From Laetmonice hystrix (lineage: Eukaryota): 64,000 bases of DNA. The position numbers were made by a program, and so were the translations under genes. The DNA lies in contig OZ249436.1 in the NCBI GenBank assembly GCA_965235115.1, positions 25,608,001 through 25,672,000 on the forward strand, written 5' to 3'. Below are positions 23,401 through 33,158 of the stretch, in pieces. The first letter of the stretch is position 1. Every line of letters starts with the position of its first letter. The notes under the pieces are model-generated. The model searched no databases. It saw nothing but the letters and a program-made list of their open reading frames with translations, and was not told the origin of the DNA.

Positions 23401-24968
23401 CAGACGGTGAATGCCGAGCATTAATTGATTATATTTCGGATGGCACACTGCCAGACGATCTTCGAAAGGCGTCGAAGATAGTAGCAACAGCAGAATTCAT
23501 GGACATGGTACCTCCGGGAGTTCTATGTCATTTTCCGAAAATTAGGCATGCTAGCAAAGCAGTTACAAAAATCGAACCGAGAATCGTGGTTCCAGCTAAA
23601 TTACGAGAGTCAGTACTCTATCTATTACATAACGATGTATTGGCCGGAGGACATGTTGGACGGTCAGCCGTCATGGATAAAGTTATGTCCAAATTTTATT
23701 GGCCAGGTTATATGGCAGATATCGCTCGCTACGTTCAGCAATGTAGTGTCTGCGCGCTAAGAAAACGATCGCCGCACCCCCAGGCGCTCGCTAAATCGTG
23801 GGACAAACCACATTACCCTTTTCAATGGGTACAGACCGACTTCATCGGACCTTTAAAGGTAGTCAACGGTCTGCGTTATATAATAACCTTCATTGACCTC
23901 CATACCGGATGGCCCGAAGCCTATCCCACAGAGGATCAAACAGCAAAAACAGTCGCAGACGTTTTCTTGTCAAAAATCGTTTGTCGATATGGCAAAGTTG
24001 AGAGATTACACAGTGATAGGGGTCAATCATTTCTATCTGCTCTCCTAAGAGAGGTTACCACTCGTGTGGGTTGTCGTCAGTCGTTCACAAGCGCAAGAAA
24101 CCCGACCGGCAATGCGCGTGTAGAAAGGTTACATCGCACGCTAGAGGACGTTATGGCTTGTTACATTAACGAGACGCACACGAAATGGCCACAGCTGATA
24201 CCCATCGCGTTATGGACGGTTCGTTCAGCCATCAGCGCGAGGACAGGTTTTGCTCCGTTTACACTACTCTTCGGTAGAGACCCGATGCCGATGAATATGC
24301 CATCATTAGAGGATGGATCGCAGGAAACAAATTCCGATTTAAATACACATTTTGCCGATATTTTCGCGAGAATCGAGCTAATCAAGCAAATGGCGACCAC
24401 GGTTACAGAATCGTACGAGAAAGATATGCGCGACAAGTTGGACGTGAAAGCACGCCCAGCAGCAATTACAGTAGGCGATTGCGTCTATTTATACGACCCC
24501 ACTTGTGCAGCAAACAGGGTTTCAAAATTCAGTCCTAAATACAAAGGACCATACAGGGTGATAGACATGAAAGACGATCACATGGTAAAACTACAGTCGA
24601 TTTCAACGGGTAAGGTCTTAGATCACTATTACAATGTGAACAAAATTAAGGTAGCTCACATATCATGGGCGCCTGCACTAGGCGACCCCGCACAGGTACA
24701 TAACACAGGTGAACAACAGCCGGACAACAGTCATCACTCCGACCAGGCACCGGAGCACATCGATGATGACATAACAGTAGATAACACCGCACTCACTCCA
24801 GCAACTCAGGACACCTACTGGTCAATAGACAGAATCCTTAAGAGACGCAAACTCAAGTCAGGAGTTTGGACTTATCTAGTCCAGTGGTCTGGAGACAGGA
24901 AAATTACGTCGTGGGTCAAACGAACTGATTTTCATCCGGACTTCGACCCAGACGTGGCTTTGCAGTAA
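20484..24968 (+). CDS. pol: Gypsy Pol: protease, RT, RNase H, integrase, chromodomain (likely made as Gag-Pol from 20409)
   Basis: AVDTCA (PR); LCTDFR, LDLRSGF and YMDD (RT); TDSS, EKEAL, TDHKPL and ADFLSR (RH); H..H..C..C, TDFIGP, SDRG, VERLH and KYKGPY (IN); YWSIDRIL..YLVQWSG..SWV (chromodomain). Confidence 0.96.
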   Translation: MPFKKHISLPPLLQIQFTDHRMWAAVDTCASHTYISHTALSRVPADLVLETRSVNDSVTLADGSTAMASTVVCLRFQLDTFTICFEFTVIDNLTQDVILGRDFLIATRASVDFDRAHVTLWDSITVHTVGKVHLPPFSEVIMFCSISRDVPDGTEVYITPTQTGPDAFIAGKSVDVVGNGGVFVSVLNPTDEVITITPSTVTAYADRDFAPSRDDPHLPTNYKQVSAMESRETPREPISFDLEHSDITDSQKEQFRDMLESNRLAFADSLQELGSCDLAPMSIEVEPNAQPVTTAPYRYGPNQITRIQEHIGELLKADVIEPSDSVWRSPLVVVKKKDGGLRLCTDFRRLNKITMKRKFPMPVARSLFSLIAAKKPRFHSKLDLRSGFFECSIDESSRKYTAFEAPIEGVLQYKKIPMGLVGAPWAFSKVMSLALKGLVPRVCVSYMDDLLASDPDFDTHLSNVDQILKALIRASLTLKPEKCEWCRSEVDFLGFVLSDKGISAQQRILSKVDHFEKPRSARTVRAFLGLCSYYRIFIPRFPNLAAPLYELLKKEAKFQWGKPQQDAFESLKAALTSPPILVHPDFNQTFYLLTDSSSSACGAALCHLSGQIYRPISFWGCTMSSAEMNYTVSEKEALSVIRALQHFQDILDGMRIIVVTDHKPLLTLLSNAQKAPTSRLTRWALFITGFDIDFQYEPGKTHYLADFLSRVQTGPAPSTACEPEIGDECYTQSGQARNVAQIDLTSALIGEAPAALTGEAPHASTDDATATVGVTIPAFSGGTTATVSEIIPAFSGDATAPVSEILATARGYTGLFSPSAGDTPPSAGDTPPSAGDTPPSAGDTPPSAGDSTAADSARFQASTGSSANAHSGPTATVSGVRLRRPGEDATPCSALDPIVGDVINCKAHAEHGHDGASAMSCSISDKKRTKDRSREIGQKETVGVAPPSNGQKGDSQGTRIDLTVDRIMQEQRSDGECRALIDYISDGTLPDDLRKASKIVATAEFMDMVPPGVLCHFPKIRHASKAVTKIEPRIVVPAKLRESVLYLLHNDVLAGGHVGRSAVMDKVMSKFYWPGYMADIARYVQQCSVCALRKRSPHPQALAKSWDKPHYPFQWVQTDFIGPLKVVNGLRYIITFIDLHTGWPEAYPTEDQTAKTVADVFLSKIVCRYGKVERLHSDRGQSFLSALLREVTTRVGCRQSFTSARNPTGNARVERLHRTLEDVMACYINETHTKWPQLIPIALWTVRSAISARTGFAPFTLLFGRDPMPMNMPSLEDGSQETNSDLNTHFADIFARIELIKQMATTVTESYEKDMRDKLDVKARPAAITVGDCVYLYDPTCAANRVSKFSPKYKGPYRVIDMKDDHMVKLQSISTGKVLDHYYNVNKIKVAHISWAPALGDPAQVHNTGEQQPDNSHHSDQAPEHIDDDITVDNTALTPATQDTYWSIDRILKRRKLKSGVWTYLVQWSGDRKITSWVKRTDFHPDFDPDVALQ
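22933..23037 (+). repeat. In-frame 21-bp tandem repeat (PPSAGDT) in the RH-IN linker
   Basis: CGCCCTCCGCAGGCGACACTC about 5 times, preceded by ~45-bp degenerate repeats at 22784-22900. Confidence 0.9.
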
Positions 24969-25655
24969 CACGCTCTTGTGAATTAATTGACTTTCAATAT
25001 CTTTTCGAAATTCGGAATTTTTGTGTCGTTTTTTCCATTACACCAGACAACCGGTTTACAGTTGCTGTCCTTGAAGGGAGTGAGCCCGGTCGGAAGAAGA
25101 AGTAACACTTACCGTTACAGGTCCCCGCTGGCCCAGCGGGCCCACTTCGCTTGTTGCCCGGGACTGAGGGACAGAAGTCCCTCAAGTCCCTCCAGCCCCT
25201 CCAGAGGCCCGCCGTCGGGAGGCGACGGAGACGCCGGCGCCGCCCTCGCCTCACCGCTCTCCCCGCCCGCGCCGGGAGCCCAGAGGGGAGGGTCCTGTCC
25301 CGCCCGGGCCGGCGGCGCCCAGGGCCGCACCACCAGGGGAGAGTCGCCAGGGCCGCCCGCCGCACAGGGAGCGGCCGCCCGCTGCTGCCCTCGGCCGGCG
25401 CCTGGGAGGGGAGAAGCCTGCCTCTCGGCGGCCTCCCGCAGGCCCACGATTAGGCCCCGGGACGCCGCCTCCAGGGGCACAGCCACCGCGGCCACCTCCC
25501 CCTCCCAGGGGTAAGGGACACACATCATAACCTGAATACATCGTCCAGGCTCCGTCCCGCTGTAGCTGACGCGCAGTTCCTGGGCTACGGAGTCGTGGTG
25601 AATTTTCGGGATGCGCCCGGCCATGTTCGAGGATAATACTGGAGTGAGGGTCAAG

Positions 25656-28295
25656 ATGCGGATCTCTAACATTATATCCCTCGTTGTTTGGACACTGGTC
25701 CTAACACCCCAAAACACTATTCAACTTAATTTCTTAGATGAGACAGAGTTACGACTCAATTATGGGGTTGTGCTCCAGCCTTCAAAGTTGATCTCGACTG
25801 CTAAAGATGCTTGGATATACCAGGTTTTTCATGTCGACATACCCCCTGTCCATCTAACACCTCTGACCAGCCTGCTGGATGTTTATCCAACAGCTGCACG
25901 CGCTCCGATGCGAGCTTCACACCCGGCGACTAATGACCGTCATCTGCAGTACGACATGCTCATCATGTACATTAACACAGTTCGACGGGGTTTGAACGAA
26001 ACCTTACGCCAGGTCCGCGGTAATCTGGAAGCGGCCCTAAGCCTGCTTCCCAAAGACGAATGGTCAGCCAGACGTCACCCGCGAGCACCGTTCGAGATTG
26101 TATCAACAATCAGCTACTATTTATTTGGCACAGGCCGCAATAAGGATATCCTCAAGAACGCGAGGGCGATCGCCACCCTATCGCGCCAACTTCACAGCTT
26201 CAGCGCGAAGCAGGATGCTAAACATGTAAATACTGTACATATGGTTAACGTCACTAACGATAGGATTGATCGTGTGGTAGAAGCGCTTTTAAATAATCAC
26301 TATCGTATCAGTAACGTGACGCGCTATGTTAATCTAATGGCTCATGCTGTGAGGGGCATGCAACGCAATGAAACGATTTCACGCCATTTACAGATGTTAT
26401 TCTACACATTATCAGGCAGAGTTCAGGCTATGACACTGTCTGCTGTCGCTATGTTAACAGAATCAGTTAAATTCCTCGATGGAATTCGAGACCTAACCAG
26501 GGGCGAACTTTCATCAAACTTGGTGCCGCACCACGCGCTCGAACAAGCACTAACTAACATTTCAGTTTTCCTTCAGGAGAATTACCCGCACCACAATCTA
26601 GCGTTCACATCAACAGCTTATTACTACGATAATGCGAACCCCGTGTTTTCGAGACAGGGCAGGAGACTAGACATTCTCATACGAATACCCATCACGGCTC
26701 AGCAACATTTGTTTCGAATCTATCACGTACACGCGTTACCTATTCCGATACACGTCATTAACAAGACGCGAGTCGATGCTACGCTCATTACAGGGTTGCC
26801 GAACGAAGTCGCGGTTTCGATTGATAAACAATTTCTCATACCACTTTCCGATCACGATTGGCAAGACTGTACTGGAGACGAAATTCAAACATGCCCTAAC
26901 ATGTGGTATATGCAGTACATGTCATCGGACTCTTGCATAACAGCACTATATCGAAACGACGCTAAAGACATTTCTCGAATCTGCCGCACAACATACATTG
27001 TCAACGCTTCCTTTAAGGAACGGTTCATCTATATCGGTAAAGGACGTGCCGTCGTCAGCTCTCTCTCGACGAAAGCTGATATGATGTGCAGGGACAGGCC
27101 GGTCGAACCGAAGACTATTTCGCAATTAGCCCTTATCACACTGGGTTGCGACTGTGCGTTACGGACTCCGGACTCTTGGATACCGTACCAGTTAACCGCT
27201 TGCGCGAAGCAGCAGTTCGAAACCACTATCCGATATCCTATTAACTCTATCCTTTTGAACGCTATCGGCATACCGCTAGTTGGTTATCGCGACGATCACA
27301 TGTTACCTGAACCGTGGGTGATACCAGACCCAATCCCCCCCGACGACTCATTTAATGCGGAAAAATTCAAAAGTGACCAGTCAAATCTTAAAGTCTCTCT
27401 TCAAAAACTTCAAGAGGCCCGCCAACAGCACACTCCGCTGTTTCATGATGACCTAGGCGTTATGAAGGCGAATCAAGCGAACATCGCCACCAGATCATGG
27501 ATACCGATCGGGATTATGCCAGCTATTGCCATCGCCGTCATCGTGGTGATTATTCTGCTACGACGACACAAGGCTTCATTACTCGCTTTGGCAGCTCTGG
27601 GGACGCCGCAGCGCACGGTGGCCGAGGTTGTACTGGGCCACCCTACCCACCCACAGGCGGGACCGCCCATCATGACTGATCTACACGCACCTCTCTACGC
27701 TACGCTTGCTTTGATCATCTTACTGACGGTATTGTGTGTGTTTTCACTGGGACTCTTTGCCTATTATGTATCCAGAGACAAACCCGCTGCAGGCCTAGCA
27801 CTGCAAGTTTACACGGGCTCCGAACTTTTAACCGTTCGATTGGGAATGATGAACTTTGCCGCAGAGACATTGACGTTATCTCGTTTGCCTCTGTTAACTC
27901 ATTACGCTGTTAAACTACACCGCCTGTCAGCTACGATAACCTTGACGTGGGCATCAGCACTAATCGTTCAACACCACATGAATGTTCAGACGGAGGGCTG
28001 CACCGTTCTCTCGTTACCACGGACAGTTTCACTCCCAAGGCGCCATGCACTGGCGCTGGCTTCAGTCCACCCTACCAGGGTGCTCGTTCGACTTCTCCGT
28101 TACGATCAGGGCCTCGCCACGATCATTAACACGGATACACCAGGGCACGTGGGGACATGGTCTCACGTTCCCGTGGGGTTAAGCCAAGAGCACTCGACCC
28201 CTCTCTACCCCCGCTTGGCCGCCCAAGACGGCTACCACCCGCTTGACACTGAAGCGTATGTCCCTGCCACGGCACCGCAAGCGGCCCAGGCTTAG
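25656..28295 (+). CDS. env: Envelope glycoprotein, class I fusion (errantivirus/baculovirus F-like)
   Basis: Signal peptide MRISNIISLVVWTLVL; furin-type site RRHPR followed by hydrophobic APFEIVSTISYYLFGT; N-glycosylation sequons; Cys-rich region; two TM segments. The track start is 25611. Confidence 0.85.
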   Translation: MRISNIISLVVWTLVLTPQNTIQLNFLDETELRLNYGVVLQPSKLISTAKDAWIYQVFHVDIPPVHLTPLTSLLDVYPTAARAPMRASHPATNDRHLQYDMLIMYINTVRRGLNETLRQVRGNLEAALSLLPKDEWSARRHPRAPFEIVSTISYYLFGTGRNKDILKNARAIATLSRQLHSFSAKQDAKHVNTVHMVNVTNDRIDRVVEALLNNHYRISNVTRYVNLMAHAVRGMQRNETISRHLQMLFYTLSGRVQAMTLSAVAMLTESVKFLDGIRDLTRGELSSNLVPHHALEQALTNISVFLQENYPHHNLAFTSTAYYYDNANPVFSRQGRRLDILIRIPITAQQHLFRIYHVHALPIPIHVINKTRVDATLITGLPNEVAVSIDKQFLIPLSDHDWQDCTGDEIQTCPNMWYMQYMSSDSCITALYRNDAKDISRICRTTYIVNASFKERFIYIGKGRAVVSSLSTKADMMCRDRPVEPKTISQLALITLGCDCALRTPDSWIPYQLTACAKQQFETTIRYPINSILLNAIGIPLVGYRDDHMLPEPWVIPDPIPPDDSFNAEKFKSDQSNLKVSLQKLQEARQQHTPLFHDDLGVMKANQANIATRSWIPIGIMPAIAIAVIVVIILLRRHKASLLALAALGTPQRTVAEVVLGHPTHPQAGPPIMTDLHAPLYATLALIILLTVLCVFSLGLFAYYVSRDKPAAGLALQVYTGSELLTVRLGMMNFAAETLTLSRLPLLTHYAVKLHRLSATITLTWASALIVQHHMNVQTEGCTVLSLPRTVSLPRRHALALASVHPTRVLVRLLRYDQGLATIINTDTPGHVGTWSHVPVGLSQEHSTPLYPRLAAQDGYHPLDTEAYVPATAPQAAQA

Positions 28296-28689
28296 TGACA
28301 TACACCTTTTTTTTTTCCTTCATGGACATTTAATCTTTGCTATATAGAGACATTCGCTATGATGGCAGTCTCAGCTTTATACGCATACTGTTTCGAAGTT
28401 TCGGTGAAGGCAGAAGGACATTATTTGTACACGCCTTCTTATGAACATTTGCAACGCATCGTGGGAGATTTTCCTCCACACACGAACGTTTTACTCAGAC
28501 TATGGCATGAAGTTACGAGTATATTTATTTCTGTTGATTAGTGATGAAGGTTCTCATATATTTCATATGTAATCTATTTTGTCATGTATTTACGGTTTTA
28601 CACAATCCGGAGAGGTAGAAACATGTAAGTTTTTAATCGCCCCCGGGCATAATTTTAATATTACAAATAATTTCCTTCGAAAATTATTT

Positions 28690-28707
28690 GAAGGGGGACC
28701 GCGAGGG
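28690..28707 (+). promoter_or_regulatory. Polypurine tract
   Basis: GAAGGGGGACCGCGAGGG immediately before the 3' LTR. Confidence 0.75.
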
Positions 28708-29623
28708 TGTGTTGGAGTACACCACTAGTAACTTTTAACAAATACGGTTTTATACATCAGTTTTAGCTAGTCACACAATTTCCTATGTTAGAGTATCCAA
28801 ACCAACAGCAAGCCTTAGCCAGAAGGGCAACAGGTACAACTACAGAGTCATAAATCATTCGCCTACAGGAGGAAGGTTCAGCAGGTACAGCAGAAAAGCA
28901 ATAACTCATCCACCTTACCAGCCCAAACCCCTCCACAGGTTCAGGTAGTGCAGGCTTAGTCACGAACCAAGAAAATCCCCCGAAAAGCTGGTAGATATAT
29001 ATAGACGCGCAACCTTGCAGTAGTCGTATGTGGTTTTAACTTGGAGATGAGCAGACGTGGAGTTCTCTCGCTCAGCACTTAGCTTTCTCATCATCCCGCA
29101 CTTGGGAGGTTTTCGGCATTCAGCCTTTGCAATAGGAGATCAGTACGGAAACAAGACTTTGCAGATTCTTCGGAATTACTGAGAAACGTTTAGGATTCAG
29201 ACTTTCGGACATTACGCATCACAGCTACTAGGGGAGTTCAGAGAAAGGGAGGTGAGAGTCAAAACTTGTAGCGTATGTGAATACCACACTTGTACTTTAC
29301 TTCAACTTCAGAGGAGACACTTGTACTTTACTTCAACCTCAGAGGAGACACTTGTACTTTACATCTACCGCGAGGAGATATCTGTACTCTACACACGGAC
29401 GAACTCTACATCCGGATTGTCTTAATAAATGATTGAACCTTCGACCGCTAGTCATCCCTCAGTCTGAGTTGGACCCCATCTCACGAAGCCATACGATCAG
29501 AGCCTAGCTTACCCCTACGCTTAGAAGACATTTATCGGGAAAACCCTCTCGCAATAGCCAAAGCTCTACCCCAACTTCGAATACCCATTTAAACTGCAAA
29601 ACCCTAAACAAAGGCCCGATACA
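28708..29623 (+). repeat. 3' LTR
   Basis: Copy of 17631-18546 (offset 11077). Confidence 0.96.
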
Positions 29624-30087
29624 CCGTTATATCCCGTAAGATAATATTCCTCTCATCCATGTGCGAGTCATATGATTTATGCCTGGGTGCTTGTGAATGT
29701 ATTTGGACATAATACAATGTATATGGATCTCTAGCCTTACTCATGGGGCTATATTGCCTGAGACACTTATACTGAAAACTGTTACAGCCCCTCAGGTCTT
29801 ACCTGAAGGTCTATTTATATATTCCGGGTGGAAATCACCTATTTGTTTGTTTTTTTCTGTCACTACCCTCCCTTGCCTTTGGCACATACATGTGACCTTG
29901 TGTATAGCTGACGTCACCTGTATCGGCCACAGCCCAGATTAATATTGCGCTGTGGTGTTATTTGTATGATTTTCCGTTCTTTGCTTTGTTTGTTTGGTTT
30001 GTTTGCTTGTTTATCTGATTCTTTATTGTTATTTCATTGTTTACCTTTTGCTCCTGTTCATTATTTACCTTCTTCTCAGAGTTACTT

Positions 30088-32940
30088 ATGGTCACGAATA
30101 CCGCTGCTAATGTTGGGAGCCTTAAAGGCCTCAAACTTGCTCATATTAACTGTCGGAGTTTATTCCCGAAATGCAGCCAACTGGAACTATTGTTTGAGCA
30201 ATTCGATTTTCTAGCCTGTACTGAAACTTGGTTGAACTCGCGGTATACAAACGACATGGTCCGAATGGTCAAGAAGTCTATATTTAGACTTGATAGGCAT
30301 TCGGGATTAGATTGTGCCACCACGGGAGTGAAACACCGGGGTGGCGGAGTTGCTGTATATGTAAATAATGACTTTGCTTCATATGTTACGAAGTGTGAAA
30401 ATGCGTCCTTTGTTAACCGTAACATAGAATGCCTTACCGTTTTGGTAGATGCTCCTAATCGTAAGCGGATGGCAGTTTTGACTGTATACCGCCCTCCTTA
30501 CGGTGATGTACCCAGCTGCTTATCTGATCTAACTGACATATTGACTAACGTCGTGGGAAACCGCGAGGTTTGGATTATGGGTGATTTTAATATTGACTTC
30601 CGCTTACGTAATGCTGTTAACACCAGACATGCGATGGATTTCGCCAGACAACACTGTTTAAAACAGCTTATATGTGATATTACTAGATTAAGCCCAACCG
30701 GCGGTAGTTGCCTTGACCTGATATTCACGAACACTGATTACTTATCTGAATCTGGTACCCTGAATGAATATATAAGTGATCATATTCCTGTTTATGCCCT
30801 GAGGAAGAAACCTAAAGAAGTTAAGAAGTTTTGCAAAATCCGCGGTCGAACTTATAGGGATTATACTAAAGAGTCTCTGCATACACAACTTAGTGCATTA
30901 TCTTGGGATTACTACTTCACGATAACTGAACCATCGGCCCTCTGGCACATCCTAGAAAAAAATATTCTTGATATTGTAGACGAACTTTGTCCATATAGAG
31001 ACATCCGCATCAGAGAAGATAGGCCTCCTTGGATGACCCAAGAGGTCATCGAGGCCATCAATGACCGTCACTACTACTACAAGATAGCTAGTAGGGATCG
31101 AAACGAAACTAATATTACTAATGCACGCCGATCTCGTAATATGGTTAACTCCCTAGTTAATAATGCCAAAGGTAACTTGATCACCTCCAACCTGGAGGCA
31201 AATCAAAACAACCCCAAGATTTTCTGGAGACACCTCAATCGCCTAATTAAGGGTGACTCTAAAGTGGGTAACAATATTGTTTTTAATCATCATCTGACGG
31301 GAGAGAGGGTTCCTCCAGAGGATACCCCTGACTATCTCAATTCCTTTTTTGGCAGTATCGGCCAAGTGCTTGCCTCTAACATCAGATATGTACCAGATGA
31401 TGGCTCATTTCCGGATGTTACTTCGCCTGATGGTTATGAATTCCCTCCTGTAACTGATGCTGAGGTTACGTCATTAGTGAAGAATATTAACATTAACAAA
31501 TCCTCCGCCATTGAAGGGCTGTCGTCTCGGATTTTAAAAGACGCCTTCACTGTGTTATGCCCTCAGCTTTGTTACTTATATAACTGTTCTATCATGTCCG
31601 GAACTTTCCCAAGTGCATGGGCTATGGGCACGGTAGTGCCGATCCCTAAAGGTGGTAATTTGACTAACGTGAATAACTGGCGCCCAATTTCCTTACTACC
31701 TCTGCCTGGAAAACTCTTGGAAAAGGTCATTCATGCTAGGTTAACCTCATTTTTTGCGGATACAGGATTGCTTACTCCCTCGCAGTATGGTTTCAGAGAA
31801 GGTTGTTCCACTGGTCAGGCTTTGTTTGACTTTACTAAAATATTGTATGACAACCTAAACAATCGAAAATTTACTGGAACTGTTTTTGTCGACTTTAGGA
31901 AGGCCTTTGACACGGTACATCATGGCAGGCTCCTACGTAAAGTTAAGGCAACTGGCCTCAGTGCAAATGCTGTTGCGTGGCTACATAGCTACCTAGCTAA
32001 CCGGTCTCAGAGACTGGTAATAAATAACCAAACTTCAGAACTGGTTCGTGTGAGGTATGGTGTCCCCCAAGGATCAATATTAGGCCCCTTGTTATTTATC
32101 CTGTATGTTAATGACCTGCCCCAAATGACAGCATCTGCCATGCAGCTATATGCTGATCACACGGCGGTGCACCGTACTGATGATGACCTAACTTCTCTTG
32201 AAAGCGGCCTTCAACACGATGTAGACAAGCTGTTTGAATGGTGTAATCGCAACTACTTAACGATAAACAAAGACAAAACCAAAGTTATGGTTTTTGGTAC
32301 TAAGCATATGTTGAAGTCAAGTCGCCCACTGAACATTACACTGGATAATCAGTTGCTGGGTACAGTCCATTCGTATAACTATTTGGGTGTTCAGTTGGAT
32401 GCTCACCTAAATTTCAAAACGCATATGTCCAGCTTGCATAGGTCAATGACTCAAAAGCTATTCAAGCTTACTAAGCTTCGCAAGTTTCTAAATACTAAAT
32501 CTGCTCTAAAAGTGTATATTCATATGATCCGCCCATGTGTCGAGTACGCTGGTTTCTTACTTGACTCTGCAAGCCTGGATGATCGGCGCAAGTTACAGCG
32601 TCTACAAAACCAGGCACTACGTATTTGTTTATCTGTATATAATCAGCGTGACATGTCTGTCTATGACTTGCATACGAATGCCAATGTTGAACCGTTAGAG
32701 TCAAGACGCGAACGCCAGTTACTCACACTTATGTATAAACGTTCCCTGATTCCGTCACATATACTTTCACGGGAACGACCATCTCGGAGTAATAAAATCG
32801 TTTTCAAAATTGACCGTCCCAGATGTGAAGCTTTTAAGCGTAGCCCTCTTTACAGAGGATGTCATCTATGGAGCGCTCTTGACTCTTCTGTTCAGCATTC
32901 ACCCGACAAGCGTTCTTTCAAACTTGCTTTGCGCAAATGA
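30088..32940 (+). CDS. LINE ORF2, APE endonuclease plus RT (CR1/L2 group); catalytic motif reads YADH
   Basis: APE motifs HINCRSL, TETWL, GGGVAVY, YRPP, GDFN, LDLIF and SDH. RT motifs RPISLL, QYGFR, DFRKAFDTV, GVPQGSILGP, YADH and YLGV. ATG at 30088 chosen over the track start at 30037. Confidence 0.94.
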   Translation: MVTNTAANVGSLKGLKLAHINCRSLFPKCSQLELLFEQFDFLACTETWLNSRYTNDMVRMVKKSIFRLDRHSGLDCATTGVKHRGGGVAVYVNNDFASYVTKCENASFVNRNIECLTVLVDAPNRKRMAVLTVYRPPYGDVPSCLSDLTDILTNVVGNREVWIMGDFNIDFRLRNAVNTRHAMDFARQHCLKQLICDITRLSPTGGSCLDLIFTNTDYLSESGTLNEYISDHIPVYALRKKPKEVKKFCKIRGRTYRDYTKESLHTQLSALSWDYYFTITEPSALWHILEKNILDIVDELCPYRDIRIREDRPPWMTQEVIEAINDRHYYYKIASRDRNETNITNARRSRNMVNSLVNNAKGNLITSNLEANQNNPKIFWRHLNRLIKGDSKVGNNIVFNHHLTGERVPPEDTPDYLNSFFGSIGQVLASNIRYVPDDGSFPDVTSPDGYEFPPVTDAEVTSLVKNININKSSAIEGLSSRILKDAFTVLCPQLCYLYNCSIMSGTFPSAWAMGTVVPIPKGGNLTNVNNWRPISLLPLPGKLLEKVIHARLTSFFADTGLLTPSQYGFREGCSTGQALFDFTKILYDNLNNRKFTGTVFVDFRKAFDTVHHGRLLRKVKATGLSANAVAWLHSYLANRSQRLVINNQTSELVRVRYGVPQGSILGPLLFILYVNDLPQMTASAMQLYADHTAVHRTDDDLTSLESGLQHDVDKLFEWCNRNYLTINKDKTKVMVFGTKHMLKSSRPLNITLDNQLLGTVHSYNYLGVQLDAHLNFKTHMSSLHRSMTQKLFKLTKLRKFLNTKSALKVYIHMIRPCVEYAGFLLDSASLDDRRKLQRLQNQALRICLSVYNQRDMSVYDLHTNANVEPLESRRERQLLTLMYKRSLIPSHILSRERPSRSNKIVFKIDRPRCEAFKRSPLYRGCHLWSALDSSVQHSPDKRSFKLALRK

Positions 32941-33158
32941 ATGTTCTGTTTCGTTTCGATAGCCTGTTATAACCTAAATGTATACTAAATTATGTTCATC
33001 GCCATTATGTATAATATTGTCATTTGCCCCGCACTCGCTGCACCGATACTTTTTGTTGACTTGCACATCTGCCTGTATGTGTATATATTTGTAATTGTAT
33101 GTACCTACTTGGAAGATCAGGGTGTATCCCTGAAAGTGGTAATTGAAAATAAAAAAAA

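Larger units (their letters stand above)
17631..29623 (+). mobile_element. Gypsy/Metaviridae LTR retrotransposon with env and chromodomain, full length
   Basis: 916-bp TG..CA LTRs, 4-bp TSD CCGT (17627-17630, 29624-29627), PBS, PPT, gag, pol in the order PR-RT-RH-IN-CHD, and env. Confidence 0.97.
15545..33158 (+). mobile_element. CR1/L2-group LINE, 5'-truncated, with ORF1-NADAR, inter-ORF tandem array, APE-RT ORF2 and poly(A); interrupted by the Gypsy element at 17631-29623
   Basis: The satellite breaks after GTGCAACAA (15544) and resumes AACAAGGCATAG (33159), giving a probable AACAA TSD whose length is ambiguous with the A tail. AATAAA at 33148 runs into poly(A). Confidence 0.92.

Noticed and set aside
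28359..28541. 60-aa ORF after env as an accessory gene
   Set aside because: It is short and has no motif support; conservation data would be needed.
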